Assembly (NCBI GenBank): GCA_000092065.1
Contig: CP000583.1
DNA length: 64,000 bases
Strand: one strand, 5' to 3'
Source of the DNA: Ostreococcus lucimarinus
Lineage: Eukaryota
Part shown: positions 29,259-38,390 of the stretch, one piece after another
Layout: each line of letters starts with the position of its first letter
Position numbering within the stretch: the first letter of the stretch is position 1
The notes under the pieces: generated by a model
The model's database searches: none
What the model saw: the letters and a program-made list of their open reading frames with translations, nothing else
Told to the model about the DNA's origin: nothing
Program-made: the position numbers and the translations under genes

Positions 29259-31133
29259 CTACGACGCGGATTGGGAAAACTCGCCGGCGCGAACGCGATC
29301 GCGCTTGACCCTCGCCAACATCTGTTCGATTTTGGATTGAGCTTTAAGCAGACGCTGCGGCGTGCCTAAACCATCCTGTGCGAGCGCTAAGTCGTTCACC
29401 ATGGATTTCAACTCGGCGCGTAAGTTCGACGCGCTGGCGGATCGCGACGCCGAGGCGGAAATCCCGCTCGAGTCTTCGTCGCCGGTGAGGATGAACGATC
29501 GAAGCGAGGCTTCATCGTCGTCTTGCAACGATCCGAACTCGTCGTCATCGCCGTCATCGACAAGAATAGACTCACTGTCGTCCGTGAACGCGAAACTCCT
29601 TCGATTCACCGTCGACGGCGGCGGACGCAAATCTGGAGAATTGTCAAAGGAGTCGTCGATACCGCGGTGGCTTTGCTCGTCGTGGCGAGTGGCCGCGCGC
29701 ACGAGCCGCACGTTTGACCAATGCGATGGCTTTCGCGACGATGTCGTCTCCGGCGTTTTCGATTTGGATGTCGACCCAAATACTTCTCTTGGCGAATGGA
29801 AATCATCGTCTTCGTCGGCGGAGGACGCGCCGGCGTTTGCGTCGTCGGCGTCGTCGCTCACGGCGTCTCGAGTGGGACGCGATTTCGTTGCCGATCGAAT
29901 CGGTGAAATCATGCGCAGCGCGTCCATGGAAATATCATAATTCGTGGATCGAACGCGACCACTGGGCGAGGGTCTGCCGATGTCGTCGCCGTCGTCGCCA
30001 TCGCTTTCTGAACTCACGTCGCGCGATAACCAATGCTCGGTGCGATCGAGCGGCGGGTCCTCTGGATACAGTCGCGCGCCTTCGACCATGAACGACGCGT
30101 CAACGTCGTCTTCACTATCTAAACTACTGGTCGTGTCATCACCGTTTTCGCGACGCGCGTTGACTGGAACGAACGAAGATACCGAAAACATCGAGCAGCT
30201 TTGCTCGTCGCCCGCAGAGGAGCGCCGCCGAGCGTCAAATCCGCCACCAAGCATAGAATCCGTTGGTGCGCAAACGCTATGCAAATACTCCCCAAGGACC
30301 CACGGCGGCGCTTGTTCTTTCAGCATCGACAGCAAAGGTTCGCTCAACTCGCCCGCGTCGTTTCGAAACAACCGGCTCGCGGCGAGAGCCCACGACGAGC
30401 CGAGCGCCGCGGCGCCGTCGCACGTCCGCAACGAAGGCGCGCAAAATTTCGCTACCGCCCGCGCGTCGTATCCATAATGATGCGCGCGCGCATCGATTGG
30501 ATTACCCCTAAATCTCAAATTCGCTAACCGAGGAAAGTACCTCAAAAATCGAAGCTCTTGCACGTCGGCGAAGTCGTTGCCGCCGACGTCCAAATCCGTA
30601 ATCGTGGCCGGCGTCAACCGCTCGATCCCCTCCAACGACGCGATCGCATTCTCCCTATAAACCACCACTCGCAACCCGACGCACGACGAGCAATCCACCA
30701 TCGCCATCAAGCAATTATCCGACAGATCCAGCATGCGCAGCGCGGGAAATCCATCCACGCGCGCGTCCGCGAACGCGTTCGACTTGAGCGAAAGCGTCCG
30801 CAGCCGCGTCATCGCCCTCCCCAGCCCCTTCACGCTCGAGATCGCGTTCCCATCCGCGACGACCACTCGCAGCGTCGACCCACACGCCCGTAATTCGTCC
30901 AGCGTCGTCAACCGATTCTCCGACACGTCTATCGCGCGCAATCGCTCGCAACTCTCGACGCCCTTGAGCGTCGTTAAACCGTTCGCTCGCAAATCCAACC
31001 GCGTCAACGACGCCCACGACGCCTCCGCGCGCGCCGCGCCGATCGATGTCGTCGCCAACCATCGCGCGCGATCGCCAGACGCCTCCGCGCGCGCGTCGTC
31101 GTCGTCGTCGTCGCTGAAAACGCTTCGGGACAT
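29259..31133 (-). CDS. Leucine-rich-repeat protein (SDS22/LRRC-like LRRs) with a long Ser/Asp-rich disordered C-terminal half.
   Basis: LRR units: LTRLDLRANGLTTLKGVESCERLRAIDVSENRLTTLDEL...LRTLSLKSNAF...LRMLDLSDNCL...LDVGGNDFADVQELRFL. I placed the start at ATG 31133 (MSRSVFSDDDDDD). The track ORF extends to 31247 and would overlap the COA5 gene on the other strand. Confidence 0.5.
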   Translation of the reverse strand: MSRSVFSDDDDDDARAEASGDRARWLATTSIGAARAEASWASLTRLDLRANGLTTLKGVESCERLRAIDVSENRLTTLDELRACGSTLRVVVADGNAISSVKGLGRAMTRLRTLSLKSNAFADARVDGFPALRMLDLSDNCLMAMVDCSSCVGLRVVVYRENAIASLEGIERLTPATITDLDVGGNDFADVQELRFLRYFPRLANLRFRGNPIDARAHHYGYDARAVAKFCAPSLRTCDGAAALGSSWALAASRLFRNDAGELSEPLLSMLKEQAPPWVLGEYLHSVCAPTDSMLGGGFDARRRSSAGDEQSCSMFSVSSFVPVNARRENGDDTTSSLDSEDDVDASFMVEGARLYPEDPPLDRTEHWLSRDVSSESDGDDGDDIGRPSPSGRVRSTNYDISMDALRMISPIRSATKSRPTRDAVSDDADDANAGASSADEDDDFHSPREVFGSTSKSKTPETTSSRKPSHWSNVRLVRAATRHDEQSHRGIDDSFDNSPDLRPPPSTVNRRSFAFTDDSESILVDDGDDDEFGSLQDDDEASLRSFILTGDEDSSGISASASRSASASNLRAELKSMVNDLALAQDGLGTPQRLLKAQSKIEQMLARVKRDRVRAGEFSQSAS

Positions 31134-31164
31134 CGCGCTTCGGGACAACACAGCGCGACGCCGA

Positions 31165-31383
31165 ATGTCGAAGAGCTGCTCTGGCATGCTCGCCGAGTTC
31201 CTCGATTGCGTCGAGTCGTCGGCGTGCGTCAAAAAGCACGGACACACGCTGAAGCAGTGCGCGTCGCCGACGTGGACAGAGCACGCGCCGAGCGAGTGCG
31301 AGGTGAAGCGTTCGAATTACTTTGCCTGTCGAAAGGGACAACTCGACATGCGCGCGCGATTGCGCGGGAATAAGGGATATTGA
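31165..31383 (+). CDS. COA5: COA5/PET191-like twin-Cx9C cytochrome c oxidase assembly factor (72 aa).
   Basis: MSKSCSGMLAEFLDCVESSACVKKHGHTLKQCASPTWTEHAPSECEVKRSNYFACRKGQLDMRARLRGNKGY*. The terminal LDMRARLRGNKGY matches the remembered COA5 terminus LDNRARFRGRKGY. The Cys spacing is conserved. In the track it is hidden as the tail of a 216-aa ORF (30733-31383) that lies antisense to the LRR gene. Confidence 0.6.
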   Translation: MSKSCSGMLAEFLDCVESSACVKKHGHTLKQCASPTWTEHAPSECEVKRSNYFACRKGQLDMRARLRGNKGY

Positions 31384-31410
31384 AACGCGCGCGCCGGAAA
31401 GAGAACGGTG

Positions 31411-32400
31411 ATGGAGGCGCGACGCGCGATGGCGCGCGCGCGACGCGCGTCGGGATGGCGCGGTGGTGGAAGCGCTCGAGCGTCGAGACGACGCCGAAAC
31501 GCGAAAGCGCGCCGCGCGGCGAATCGCGACGACGCGGTGACGTACGAGTGCGTGGATGGTGAGACGTATTGCGATGGACGTCACGCGCGCGCGCTCGGGC
31601 GCGCGTGCGCGGCGCTTCGAACGAGGTGTTTTTATGAGTTTGAGCGCGAGGAGACTTTTACGTACGATTTTTCGTACGACGAGGACGACGATTCGGCGGC
31701 GTACCTCAGAGCGCGGTTACGATGGTGGGAGGATCGAATCGCGAGCGAGACGTTGCGAGAACCGATGATGCGTCAGGCTGGCGTGCGCTCGCTGCGTACG
31801 TTCGCAGTGTTGGCGAGAACGGACGCCTCCGGTCGACGAGCGGGATTCGAAGAGAGTTCGACGACGGGCGAGACGCCAGCAGACGCAGAGGCTTTGCGTC
31901 GCTGGAGTATTGTGCACGAAGGTGCCGATGCAAACGCAGACACTAGCGTTGCGGAATCGCATCTCGCCGTCGTGGGTACGCTTGACGTGCATCTGGGGGC
32001 GAAATTGCCCGGGGAAATACTCGTCGGTCGACGACCGTTCGCCGACGCGTCCGCCGACGCGTCCGCCGACGCCGCCAACGATCAATACGGCTTTGACCCG
32101 CTCGCCGTCGTTGACCCTCCACGAGCGTACGTCTTCAACGTCTGTGTCGCTCCCGAATTCCGCGGTCGCGGCGTCGCGGAAGCCATGCTGCGCGTCTCCT
32201 ACGAATATCTCGCGTCTCGCACGCGCGCCGCAGTCGTCTACATTCACGTCGAGCGCGACAACGTCAGCGCTCGACGCGCGTACGAAAAGGCTCTCTTTTC
32301 CATCGAGAGCGAAGAGACGCCCGAGCAGAGCGCGAGCGCCGCGCACGAGCCTCGTATTTTGCTTTATCGAGAAATTCTTCGCGCGTCGCCGGCCTTTTGA
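31411..32400 (+). CDS. GNAT-family N-acetyltransferase.
   Basis: Acetyl-CoA binding motif: YVFNVCVAPEFRGRGVAEAML...VVYIHVERDNVSARRAYEKALF. The track start at 31408 is GTG. The first ATG is at 31411. Confidence 0.55.
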   Translation: MEARRAMARARRASGWRGGGSARASRRRRNAKARRAANRDDAVTYECVDGETYCDGRHARALGRACAALRTRCFYEFEREETFTYDFSYDEDDDSAAYLRARLRWWEDRIASETLREPMMRQAGVRSLRTFAVLARTDASGRRAGFEESSTTGETPADAEALRRWSIVHEGADANADTSVAESHLAVVGTLDVHLGAKLPGEILVGRRPFADASADASADAANDQYGFDPLAVVDPPRAYVFNVCVAPEFRGRGVAEAMLRVSYEYLASRTRAAVVYIHVERDNVSARRAYEKALFSIESEETPEQSASAAHEPRILLYREILRASPAF

Positions 32401-32502
32401 ACTTTCAACAAAGATCAGTTGTACAGTAATCAACCGTCTTCAGTACGGGCCTCGCCCCGTCGCCAACGTCAACGCGCGCGCGGTCATCAACAAGAACACG
32501 CG

Positions 32503-33948
32503 ATGGCGTCGATCGTGCTCGCCGGCGGTGCCGCCGCGGCGTTCTTCCGCCAGAAATCCGCGACGAAATCGCAGCTTCAAAAGACAACGGTCGAGAATGA
32601 GTCACAGCTTCAAAGCGTCCATCGCGCGCGTATCGACGCCGAATGCGAGCTGGCGCTCATGCACGCCGATCACGAAGACGCGCTTGAACGACTGCGCGAA
32701 AGCGAGGCGCGAAACGCGGCGTTGGAGGCGACGATGAAAGAAATGGAGGAACAGCGGGAGGAGACGGCGTCAAAGGTGAGGGCGGAAAAGGAACAGACGA
32801 CGAAACTTCGGTTCTCGTTGACTGTGGCGAATGGCAGGATCGATAAAATGCGCAAAGAAATCGATGCGCTCAAGGCGCAGGTAAGCGAGGAGGGGAAACT
32901 GTCGGAGGAGAACAAGAGATGGAAAGAACGGGCCAACGACGCGTCGAAAAATTTGGAGACGACGAGGGGACGCGTGCGAGAATTGACGGAGAAGAATGGG
33001 GAGTTGGTGAAGGAAAAGTCTAGGCTTGAGCACGAGCTCGAGGATGCTAAGGCAGCAGAAGCAAAACTGGAGACGGCGCGTGCGCGAAACGTGCAGTTGA
33101 CCGATGAATTAGACGCGAAAAACCAAGAGTTGGCGGCGTCGACGCACGCTTTGCAAGATGCAGAGGTCAATTTTCGACACTCTGAGAGTCAAAATGTGCA
33201 ACTTGGGATCGAGGTAGAAGAATTGCGGGAACAAGTCGTCGCACTACGCGCTCAGGAGATTGAGTTACAAGCCGAGTTGAAAGAAATGCTCGAAACATTG
33301 AATATGGTGACGTCGAACGAGCACGAGGGCGAATTCGAGCGTGACGCCGAAATCGAGCGCATGATGGAAAAGTTGAGCACCCCATTGTCCGAACGTCAGG
33401 GATCTAGTATGGCGAGTGGTGATATGCAGGATGTCAGCCATAGAATGGCCGTCCTGATGGCTCGTGTGGAGGAGTGCAAGACGCCGATGGGGATTTCGAA
33501 AGCGATAGCGGAGTTGGATGAGCTTCAAGTCAAGCTCAGAGATCTTCAGGGCGACGAAGACGACGATATCACTCCGCCTGACGTGAACTCACCGGACGCT
33601 TGGCCCATCTCGCCTCCGTCACCGGTGACGACGTCTAAGAATATATCCGATGATGTTAACATCGGTGAGATTACGCCGCAACGAAGCTTGAACTTTGGCG
33701 ACACGTCGCCGCCGCCGAAAGGCGCCGCGAAGGATGGCATGTGCGCCAAGTGTGGTATCATCCCCATCGCCGATGGATGCGACGGTCGATGCGCGCTCTG
33801 CCATGCGAAAAAGCAGCAAAAGCTCGCGGCTTCGCCGTTACAGCGTGGACTTGCAAGTTTCAAGGACGTCTTTTCGCCATCGAAAGAGAAGAAGGAGGCA
33901 CGATCGGCCAAAAAGTCGAACAAGAAGAAAGGGAACAAGAAAAAGTAA
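32503..33948 (+). CDS. Coiled-coil protein with a C-terminal Cys cluster (possible zinc ribbon) and a Lys-rich tail.
   Basis: Long heptad-rich region: ...LEATMKEMEEQREETASKVRAEKEQTTKLRF...ELEDAKAAEAKLETARARNVQLTDELDAKNQEL... C-terminus: CAKCGIIPIADGCDGRCALCHAKKQQK...SAKKSNKKKGNKKK*. The track start at 32419 is TTG. The first ATG is at 32503. Confidence 0.45.
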   Translation: MASIVLAGGAAAAFFRQKSATKSQLQKTTVENESQLQSVHRARIDAECELALMHADHEDALERLRESEARNAALEATMKEMEEQREETASKVRAEKEQTTKLRFSLTVANGRIDKMRKEIDALKAQVSEEGKLSEENKRWKERANDASKNLETTRGRVRELTEKNGELVKEKSRLEHELEDAKAAEAKLETARARNVQLTDELDAKNQELAASTHALQDAEVNFRHSESQNVQLGIEVEELREQVVALRAQEIELQAELKEMLETLNMVTSNEHEGEFERDAEIERMMEKLSTPLSERQGSSMASGDMQDVSHRMAVLMARVEECKTPMGISKAIAELDELQVKLRDLQGDEDDDITPPDVNSPDAWPISPPSPVTTSKNISDDVNIGEITPQRSLNFGDTSPPPKGAAKDGMCAKCGIIPIADGCDGRCALCHAKKQQKLAASPLQRGLASFKDVFSPSKEKKEARSAKKSNKKKGNKKK

Positions 33949-33977
33949 TTCGCCTATTACACATGTATGACAACGGT

Positions 33978-35483
33978 TTACATCCTTGCCTTGGTAAATA
34001 TCCCTTTCCCGTCGAACACTATCGTCGTCGCGCGTCTTCGGTCTTGCGCTATCCGCACTACTTCCATCGCGGCGATGTGTGCGGCGACGCATGCCGTCGG
34101 CGCATCCATCCATCCCGAGAACGACGCACGCGTGAAGGACGAGTCCGTGCCTAAACTAACATCCACAACACACGACCCCACGCTCGTACTCGTAATTTCA
34201 ATCACCGGCGATTTTGCCTCTCTCGCGATGGCGACGACTTCGTCGGCGGTGGCGCACGCGCTCGTGCGAACCACGACGTGGTATTTGTACGTTTCTAAAT
34301 CGTCTAAATCGCACAAATCGTCCACTTCGCAATCGTGCCGAACAAATACTTTTGATCCACTCGCCCCGTATACGTCGACGTTACCGACGCCGACGGCGGC
34401 AAGCGCGCAGACGCACGCGTCGTTGGCGAGCGAATCCGTGCCGCACACAAGGACGTACATCTCTCTCAGCTTAGCCAACGCGTCGTAGCCGAAAAGTCTC
34501 GCGTGCGTATCGAAACCCTCGCGATCTTCATCACCGTCTTGCGCGTCGTCGGCATCCATATCGTCCCCGCTCGGAAGAACCTCGTATTCGGACGCGTTTG
34601 GCACGGGCGCCGAGTCCGGGCGATCGGGCTTGTACAACGCCAACGCCTCCACGTGCGTCCACTGATCGCACTCGCGCGCCACTGCGACGGCTTCACTCGC
34701 GTCCAAATAACTCAATATCTTACTCGCCACGACCGCGGCGACGACGCCACACATAGACGCCGTCTCCGGCGCCTCGTCGTCGTCGCCGTTTCCCGGTAAT
34801 CCTTTCCTCGCGTCCGCGCCCGTGATCCCCAACAACGGCCGCGTCTCGGGATGCGCGCGCAAAAACTCCCAGTGCAATCCCGCCTGCAGTTCATCTCGCG
34901 CCTTCGCGTCCGCGTCCACGCCCGCGCTCGACGCCGACAGCGTCTCCGCTAATCTCGCCGTGGCGCTCGGTCGCAGCGCCTCGTACAGCGTCTTCGATCC
35001 CGCGCCGCCGTCGTCCACGAACACGCACCCCGTCGTCGCCTTCGCGCGCGCGTACGCGAACGCGCACGCGCCACTCCCGAGTCCATCTTCGTCGTCGCGC
35101 GTTCTTTTGCACGCCTCCGCCATCGCGCACGCCTCGCTCAGCGCCCCCGGGCCGCACCGCACCGCGACGCGCGCCCCCGTCGCTCGAATCTTCTCCGCGT
35201 CCAGCGCTTCGCCCTCGCGCGTCGACGCGCGCGCGACCGCTCGACCGCACTGACGGTTGATGGTATCAACGCACGCGTCGACGGCGTCGCGTCCGACGTC
35301 GCCGAGCGTCAGCGCGCCGCCCGCGGCTTCGTAATCTTCGAGCGAGACGCGGCGATGTCGACGCGCGTCGTGCACGATGAGCGTCGGATGCGTCGGCGCG
35401 CGGGCGAGAACCGCGGCGAGGGCGTGCGCGACGCCGCCGGACACGCCGGAGATGAGGATCGCGGGAGGATCGGCGCCGCGCAT
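33978..35483 (-). CDS. Hypothetical protein with a Rossmann-type NAD(P)-binding N-terminus. A ThiF/E1-like segment is tentative.
   Basis: 501 aa from ATG 35483. N-terminus: ILISGVSGGVAHALAAVLARAP (GxxGGxA). Internal segment: YVLVCGTDSLANDACVCALAAVGVGNVDVYG, weakly ThiF-like. Function not established. Confidence 0.4.
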   Translation of the reverse strand: MRGADPPAILISGVSGGVAHALAAVLARAPTHPTLIVHDARRHRRVSLEDYEAAGGALTLGDVGRDAVDACVDTINRQCGRAVARASTREGEALDAEKIRATGARVAVRCGPGALSEACAMAEACKRTRDDEDGLGSGACAFAYARAKATTGCVFVDDGGAGSKTLYEALRPSATARLAETLSASSAGVDADAKARDELQAGLHWEFLRAHPETRPLLGITGADARKGLPGNGDDDEAPETASMCGVVAAVVASKILSYLDASEAVAVARECDQWTHVEALALYKPDRPDSAPVPNASEYEVLPSGDDMDADDAQDGDEDREGFDTHARLFGYDALAKLREMYVLVCGTDSLANDACVCALAAVGVGNVDVYGASGSKVFVRHDCEVDDLCDLDDLETYKYHVVVRTSACATADEVVAIAREAKSPVIEITSTSVGSCVVDVSLGTDSSFTRASFSGWMDAPTACVAAHIAAMEVVRIAQDRRRATTIVFDGKGIFTKARM

Positions 35484-35621
35484 GATCGCGGCGGAGTGGG
35501 GACGGGCGCGCGGACGCCGCGGGGCGTCGGTTCGTCGACGCGCGACGCGTAATCGTACCGGACGTCGTGAAACGGACGGCGTGAGACCGCAGCGCGGGTG
35601 CTATGATGAAGGTAATACATA

Positions 35622-37235
35622 TTAATCTTGTTCGAGCGCGGCGAGGCGCCCGAGGAGCTTGGCGTTTTCGAGGGAGAGGGCGTCTTTTTGCGCCTCGCAC
35701 TCGACGATTTCGTTTTGCAGCGCCGCGCACTCGGCGACGATGGTGTCTTTGACGGCCATCATTTCGCGCCCGATTGCGGCCAATTTTTCAAGGTTTCGAA
35801 TCTTTGCTTCTTGTTTGGATAAGGTGGCTTCAAAGTCCGCCTTCATCGCTTCCACGTCCTCGATGGGTGCGCCGACGGAGTTTAACAGCGTTTCCTCGAC
35901 GACGCCTTCGAGCGCGGAGATTTTAGCCTCCAAAGCGACGCGTTCTTGTGAGTGCGATTCGATCGCCGAGCGAAGCGCTTCGTCCCCCGCTAACTCCGCG
36001 CTTCGCACCGCTTCTGCGAGTTCGTCGACTCGGGATTCCAACTCTTCGACGGCGGCGGCGGCGGTTCGCGCCTCATCGCGCGCTCGCTCGAGATCGTCCC
36101 GCAACGTCTGCACGACGCTTTCACTGGAATCGAGCGTTGACTGTGCTTCACGATATGAGGCTTCGAGACGCTCGATTTGCGCGGTCGAAGCCGTCGCATT
36201 TTGCTCGTACTCTTGGCGCTCAGACTTTCGCCGTTGGGCTTCGTCGGAGAGACGGCTCTCCAACTCATCGCGAGCCGACTCTAGCGATGCGATGCGCTCG
36301 AGAAGTTCTACACCTCGATTGACTTCTATGCTGTGCGCGGATTGCGCGTGCGTCAACTTCTCTTCCACCTCGCGAAGTTGTTCGGCCATCTTTTGCTCCT
36401 TCTCCGCGAGCGCGCCCTCAAGTCCCGCCCTGACGCGTCCGAGCTCGTTCGCTTCGGCTCGCGCCTCCTCGAGCGCTACGTTCGATTGGTCCACGGCATC
36501 GACTGCAAGACTCAAGCGTGACTCTATGTCGCTCATCGCCTCAATCGTCTCCTTTTCGAATTCCTCCAGCGTGAGCTCGAGTAAAGTGGCTCGGCGTTCG
36601 GCGGCGGCGCGAGCCGAATCGCCCGATCCGCTCGCGCTCAGAGCTCCTATGCGTTCAGCTGCGCGCAATCGCTCACGCATTTCGCTTTCTAACGCCTCAA
36701 GTCGCGCCTCCTCCTTCTCCGTCGCGCGCTGTAATTCCTCTTCAAGCTCTCTATTCTTCGCCTCACTCTCCTCGAGCATGTGTTGCATCGCGTCCGTCAC
36801 CGCCTGCGCCGTGTCCCGCTCGCGATCGATTCCAGCCTCCTTCGCCGTCTCCAACTCACGCTCGAACGCCGCGCGCATCGCAATCATCTCATGCGCGTGT
36901 GCGTCCTCCATTTCCGTCACCGCGCTCGCATCGCCCGACCTCGACGCCCACCCCTCCTCGAGCGCCGTCAACTCCTCGCGCAGGTGCGCGTTTTCGTTGT
37001 GCGCGTCCCGCAGCTCTTCCCGCAGCCGCGCCACGATCGTCGCGTTCGGCGCCGCGCCGCCGTTCGCGTCGACGTCGTCGGGCGACACGCCGCTGTCTCC
37101 GCGCACGACCGCGCGCGCCGTCGTCGTCGTCGTCGTCGCGCGTCGGGACCGCCTTATCCGCATCGCGCGCGCGCGCGCGTCGTCGCGTTCGCGGCGCGCC
37201 GTCGCGCTCGGCGCGACGGCGAGCGCGCGCGACAT
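35622..37235 (-). CDS. Coiled-coil protein (hypothetical).
   Basis: 537 aa from ATG 37235. Extensive Glu/Ala/Leu/Arg heptad-like sequence (...LEEARAEANELGRVRAGLEGALAEKEQKMAEQLREVEEKL...). The N-terminal ~50 aa is Arg/Thr-rich. Confidence 0.45.
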   Translation of the reverse strand: MSRALAVAPSATARRERDDARARAMRIRRSRRATTTTTTARAVVRGDSGVSPDDVDANGGAAPNATIVARLREELRDAHNENAHLREELTALEEGWASRSGDASAVTEMEDAHAHEMIAMRAAFERELETAKEAGIDRERDTAQAVTDAMQHMLEESEAKNRELEEELQRATEKEEARLEALESEMRERLRAAERIGALSASGSGDSARAAAERRATLLELTLEEFEKETIEAMSDIESRLSLAVDAVDQSNVALEEARAEANELGRVRAGLEGALAEKEQKMAEQLREVEEKLTHAQSAHSIEVNRGVELLERIASLESARDELESRLSDEAQRRKSERQEYEQNATASTAQIERLEASYREAQSTLDSSESVVQTLRDDLERARDEARTAAAAVEELESRVDELAEAVRSAELAGDEALRSAIESHSQERVALEAKISALEGVVEETLLNSVGAPIEDVEAMKADFEATLSKQEAKIRNLEKLAAIGREMMAVKDTIVAECAALQNEIVECEAQKDALSLENAKLLGRLAALEQD

Positions 37236-37301
37236 CGTCGTCGTCGTCCTCGCGCGCGGACGCGCCGTCCCGCGCGCGTTGCGCGGCGAAGTGTCGTCAC
37301 A

Positions 37302-38252
37302 ATGACGCGCTTCGCGGCGGTCGAGCTCGCGCGCGGCGCGCGTTTCCGCGTCGCGTCTCGCGAGCGCGGCGCGCGACTCCGCCGTCGCGCGACGCCGACG
37401 CGCCTGACGCCGTTCCCGCGCGACTACGCCGAGCTCGAGCGACAGGCGCGCGAGAGCGTGAAACGATGCGCGAAAGATGGCGTCGAGCTCGTCGAGCTTC
37501 AGTTTCCACCCGGTGGATTGGAACTCGCGAGCGGGGATTTAGAGGGAAACGTCGAGTGTAATCTCACCACCGAGCGGCTGAGAGGGATATGCGATGCGTT
37601 CGTGGCGAACGGGACGGCGAGCACGACGCGCGTGCTGTTTCCGGATCCCACGGAGATGCGGTTGGCGACGACGGGGGCGAACGCGGCGCCGGACGGGATT
37701 CGAGCGCCGGAACAGAGCGACACGCGCGGGTGGTTCGCGGATTGGAAAGGAACGCTAGATTACGTGGATGATCCTAGTTTCATGTCGGTGAGTGGATTCG
37801 ATAAGATATTCGGTGGGAAGAAGAATATTTCAGAGCGGATGAGAGGAGACGAGACGGCGTACGTCGTCGCGTATCCGAGCGCAAATATTTCCGAGTTGGC
37901 GAATACGCGAGATTTGTACGAAGGGTGCGTGCGAGGAACGGGAAAGTCGCTCGTGGTGTGTAACGGCGAGTTGGAACGCACGCGGTCGAATTATTATCCG
38001 CCGTTTTGGAACGCCGGGGAGATGGGACCGTTGCGATCGTTTTGTCGAAAATTTGAAGGCGCGTACGTAATCTATAATTTCAAGGGATCCAATCCCGCCG
38101 TGCTGTTTCGCGTGTACCCGGAGCCGTGGCAGGTATTTCGTCGACGCAAGGGCGGCCGCGACGGGTTGGAGACGCTCGAGCGTGTGTGCACGTTTGAGAA
38201 GTTTGAATCCGTGAAATCCGTGGCGCTGGACGTCTTGCCGCGATACCCGTGA
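37302..38252 (+). CDS. Hypothetical conserved-looking protein of ~316 aa, possibly organelle-targeted.
   Basis: The track ORF 36780-38252 is antisense low-complexity sequence for its first 174 codons. I placed the start at ATG 37302 (MTRFAAVELARGARFRVASRER...), 66 bp from the divergent coiled-coil gene. Body: ...GWFADWKGTLDYVDDPSFMSVSGFDKIFGG...YYPPFWNAGEMGPLRSFCRKFEGAYVIYNFKGSNPAVLFRVYPEPWQVFRR... Confidence 0.45.
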   Translation: MTRFAAVELARGARFRVASRERGARLRRRATPTRLTPFPRDYAELERQARESVKRCAKDGVELVELQFPPGGLELASGDLEGNVECNLTTERLRGICDAFVANGTASTTRVLFPDPTEMRLATTGANAAPDGIRAPEQSDTRGWFADWKGTLDYVDDPSFMSVSGFDKIFGGKKNISERMRGDETAYVVAYPSANISELANTRDLYEGCVRGTGKSLVVCNGELERTRSNYYPPFWNAGEMGPLRSFCRKFEGAYVIYNFKGSNPAVLFRVYPEPWQVFRRRKGGRDGLETLERVCTFEKFESVKSVALDVLPRYP

Positions 38253-38390
38253 TAGCGCGTTGTAGTCTTACTGTCTTACTGAAATGATTCGTGAAACCGT
38301 TCGTGTTAGACGTCTCGGCGTCACGGTGCTCGGCGTCACGGTGCTCGTCGTTGTTGTCTATGTAGCTGTGATATCACACGAGGGAGGTGT

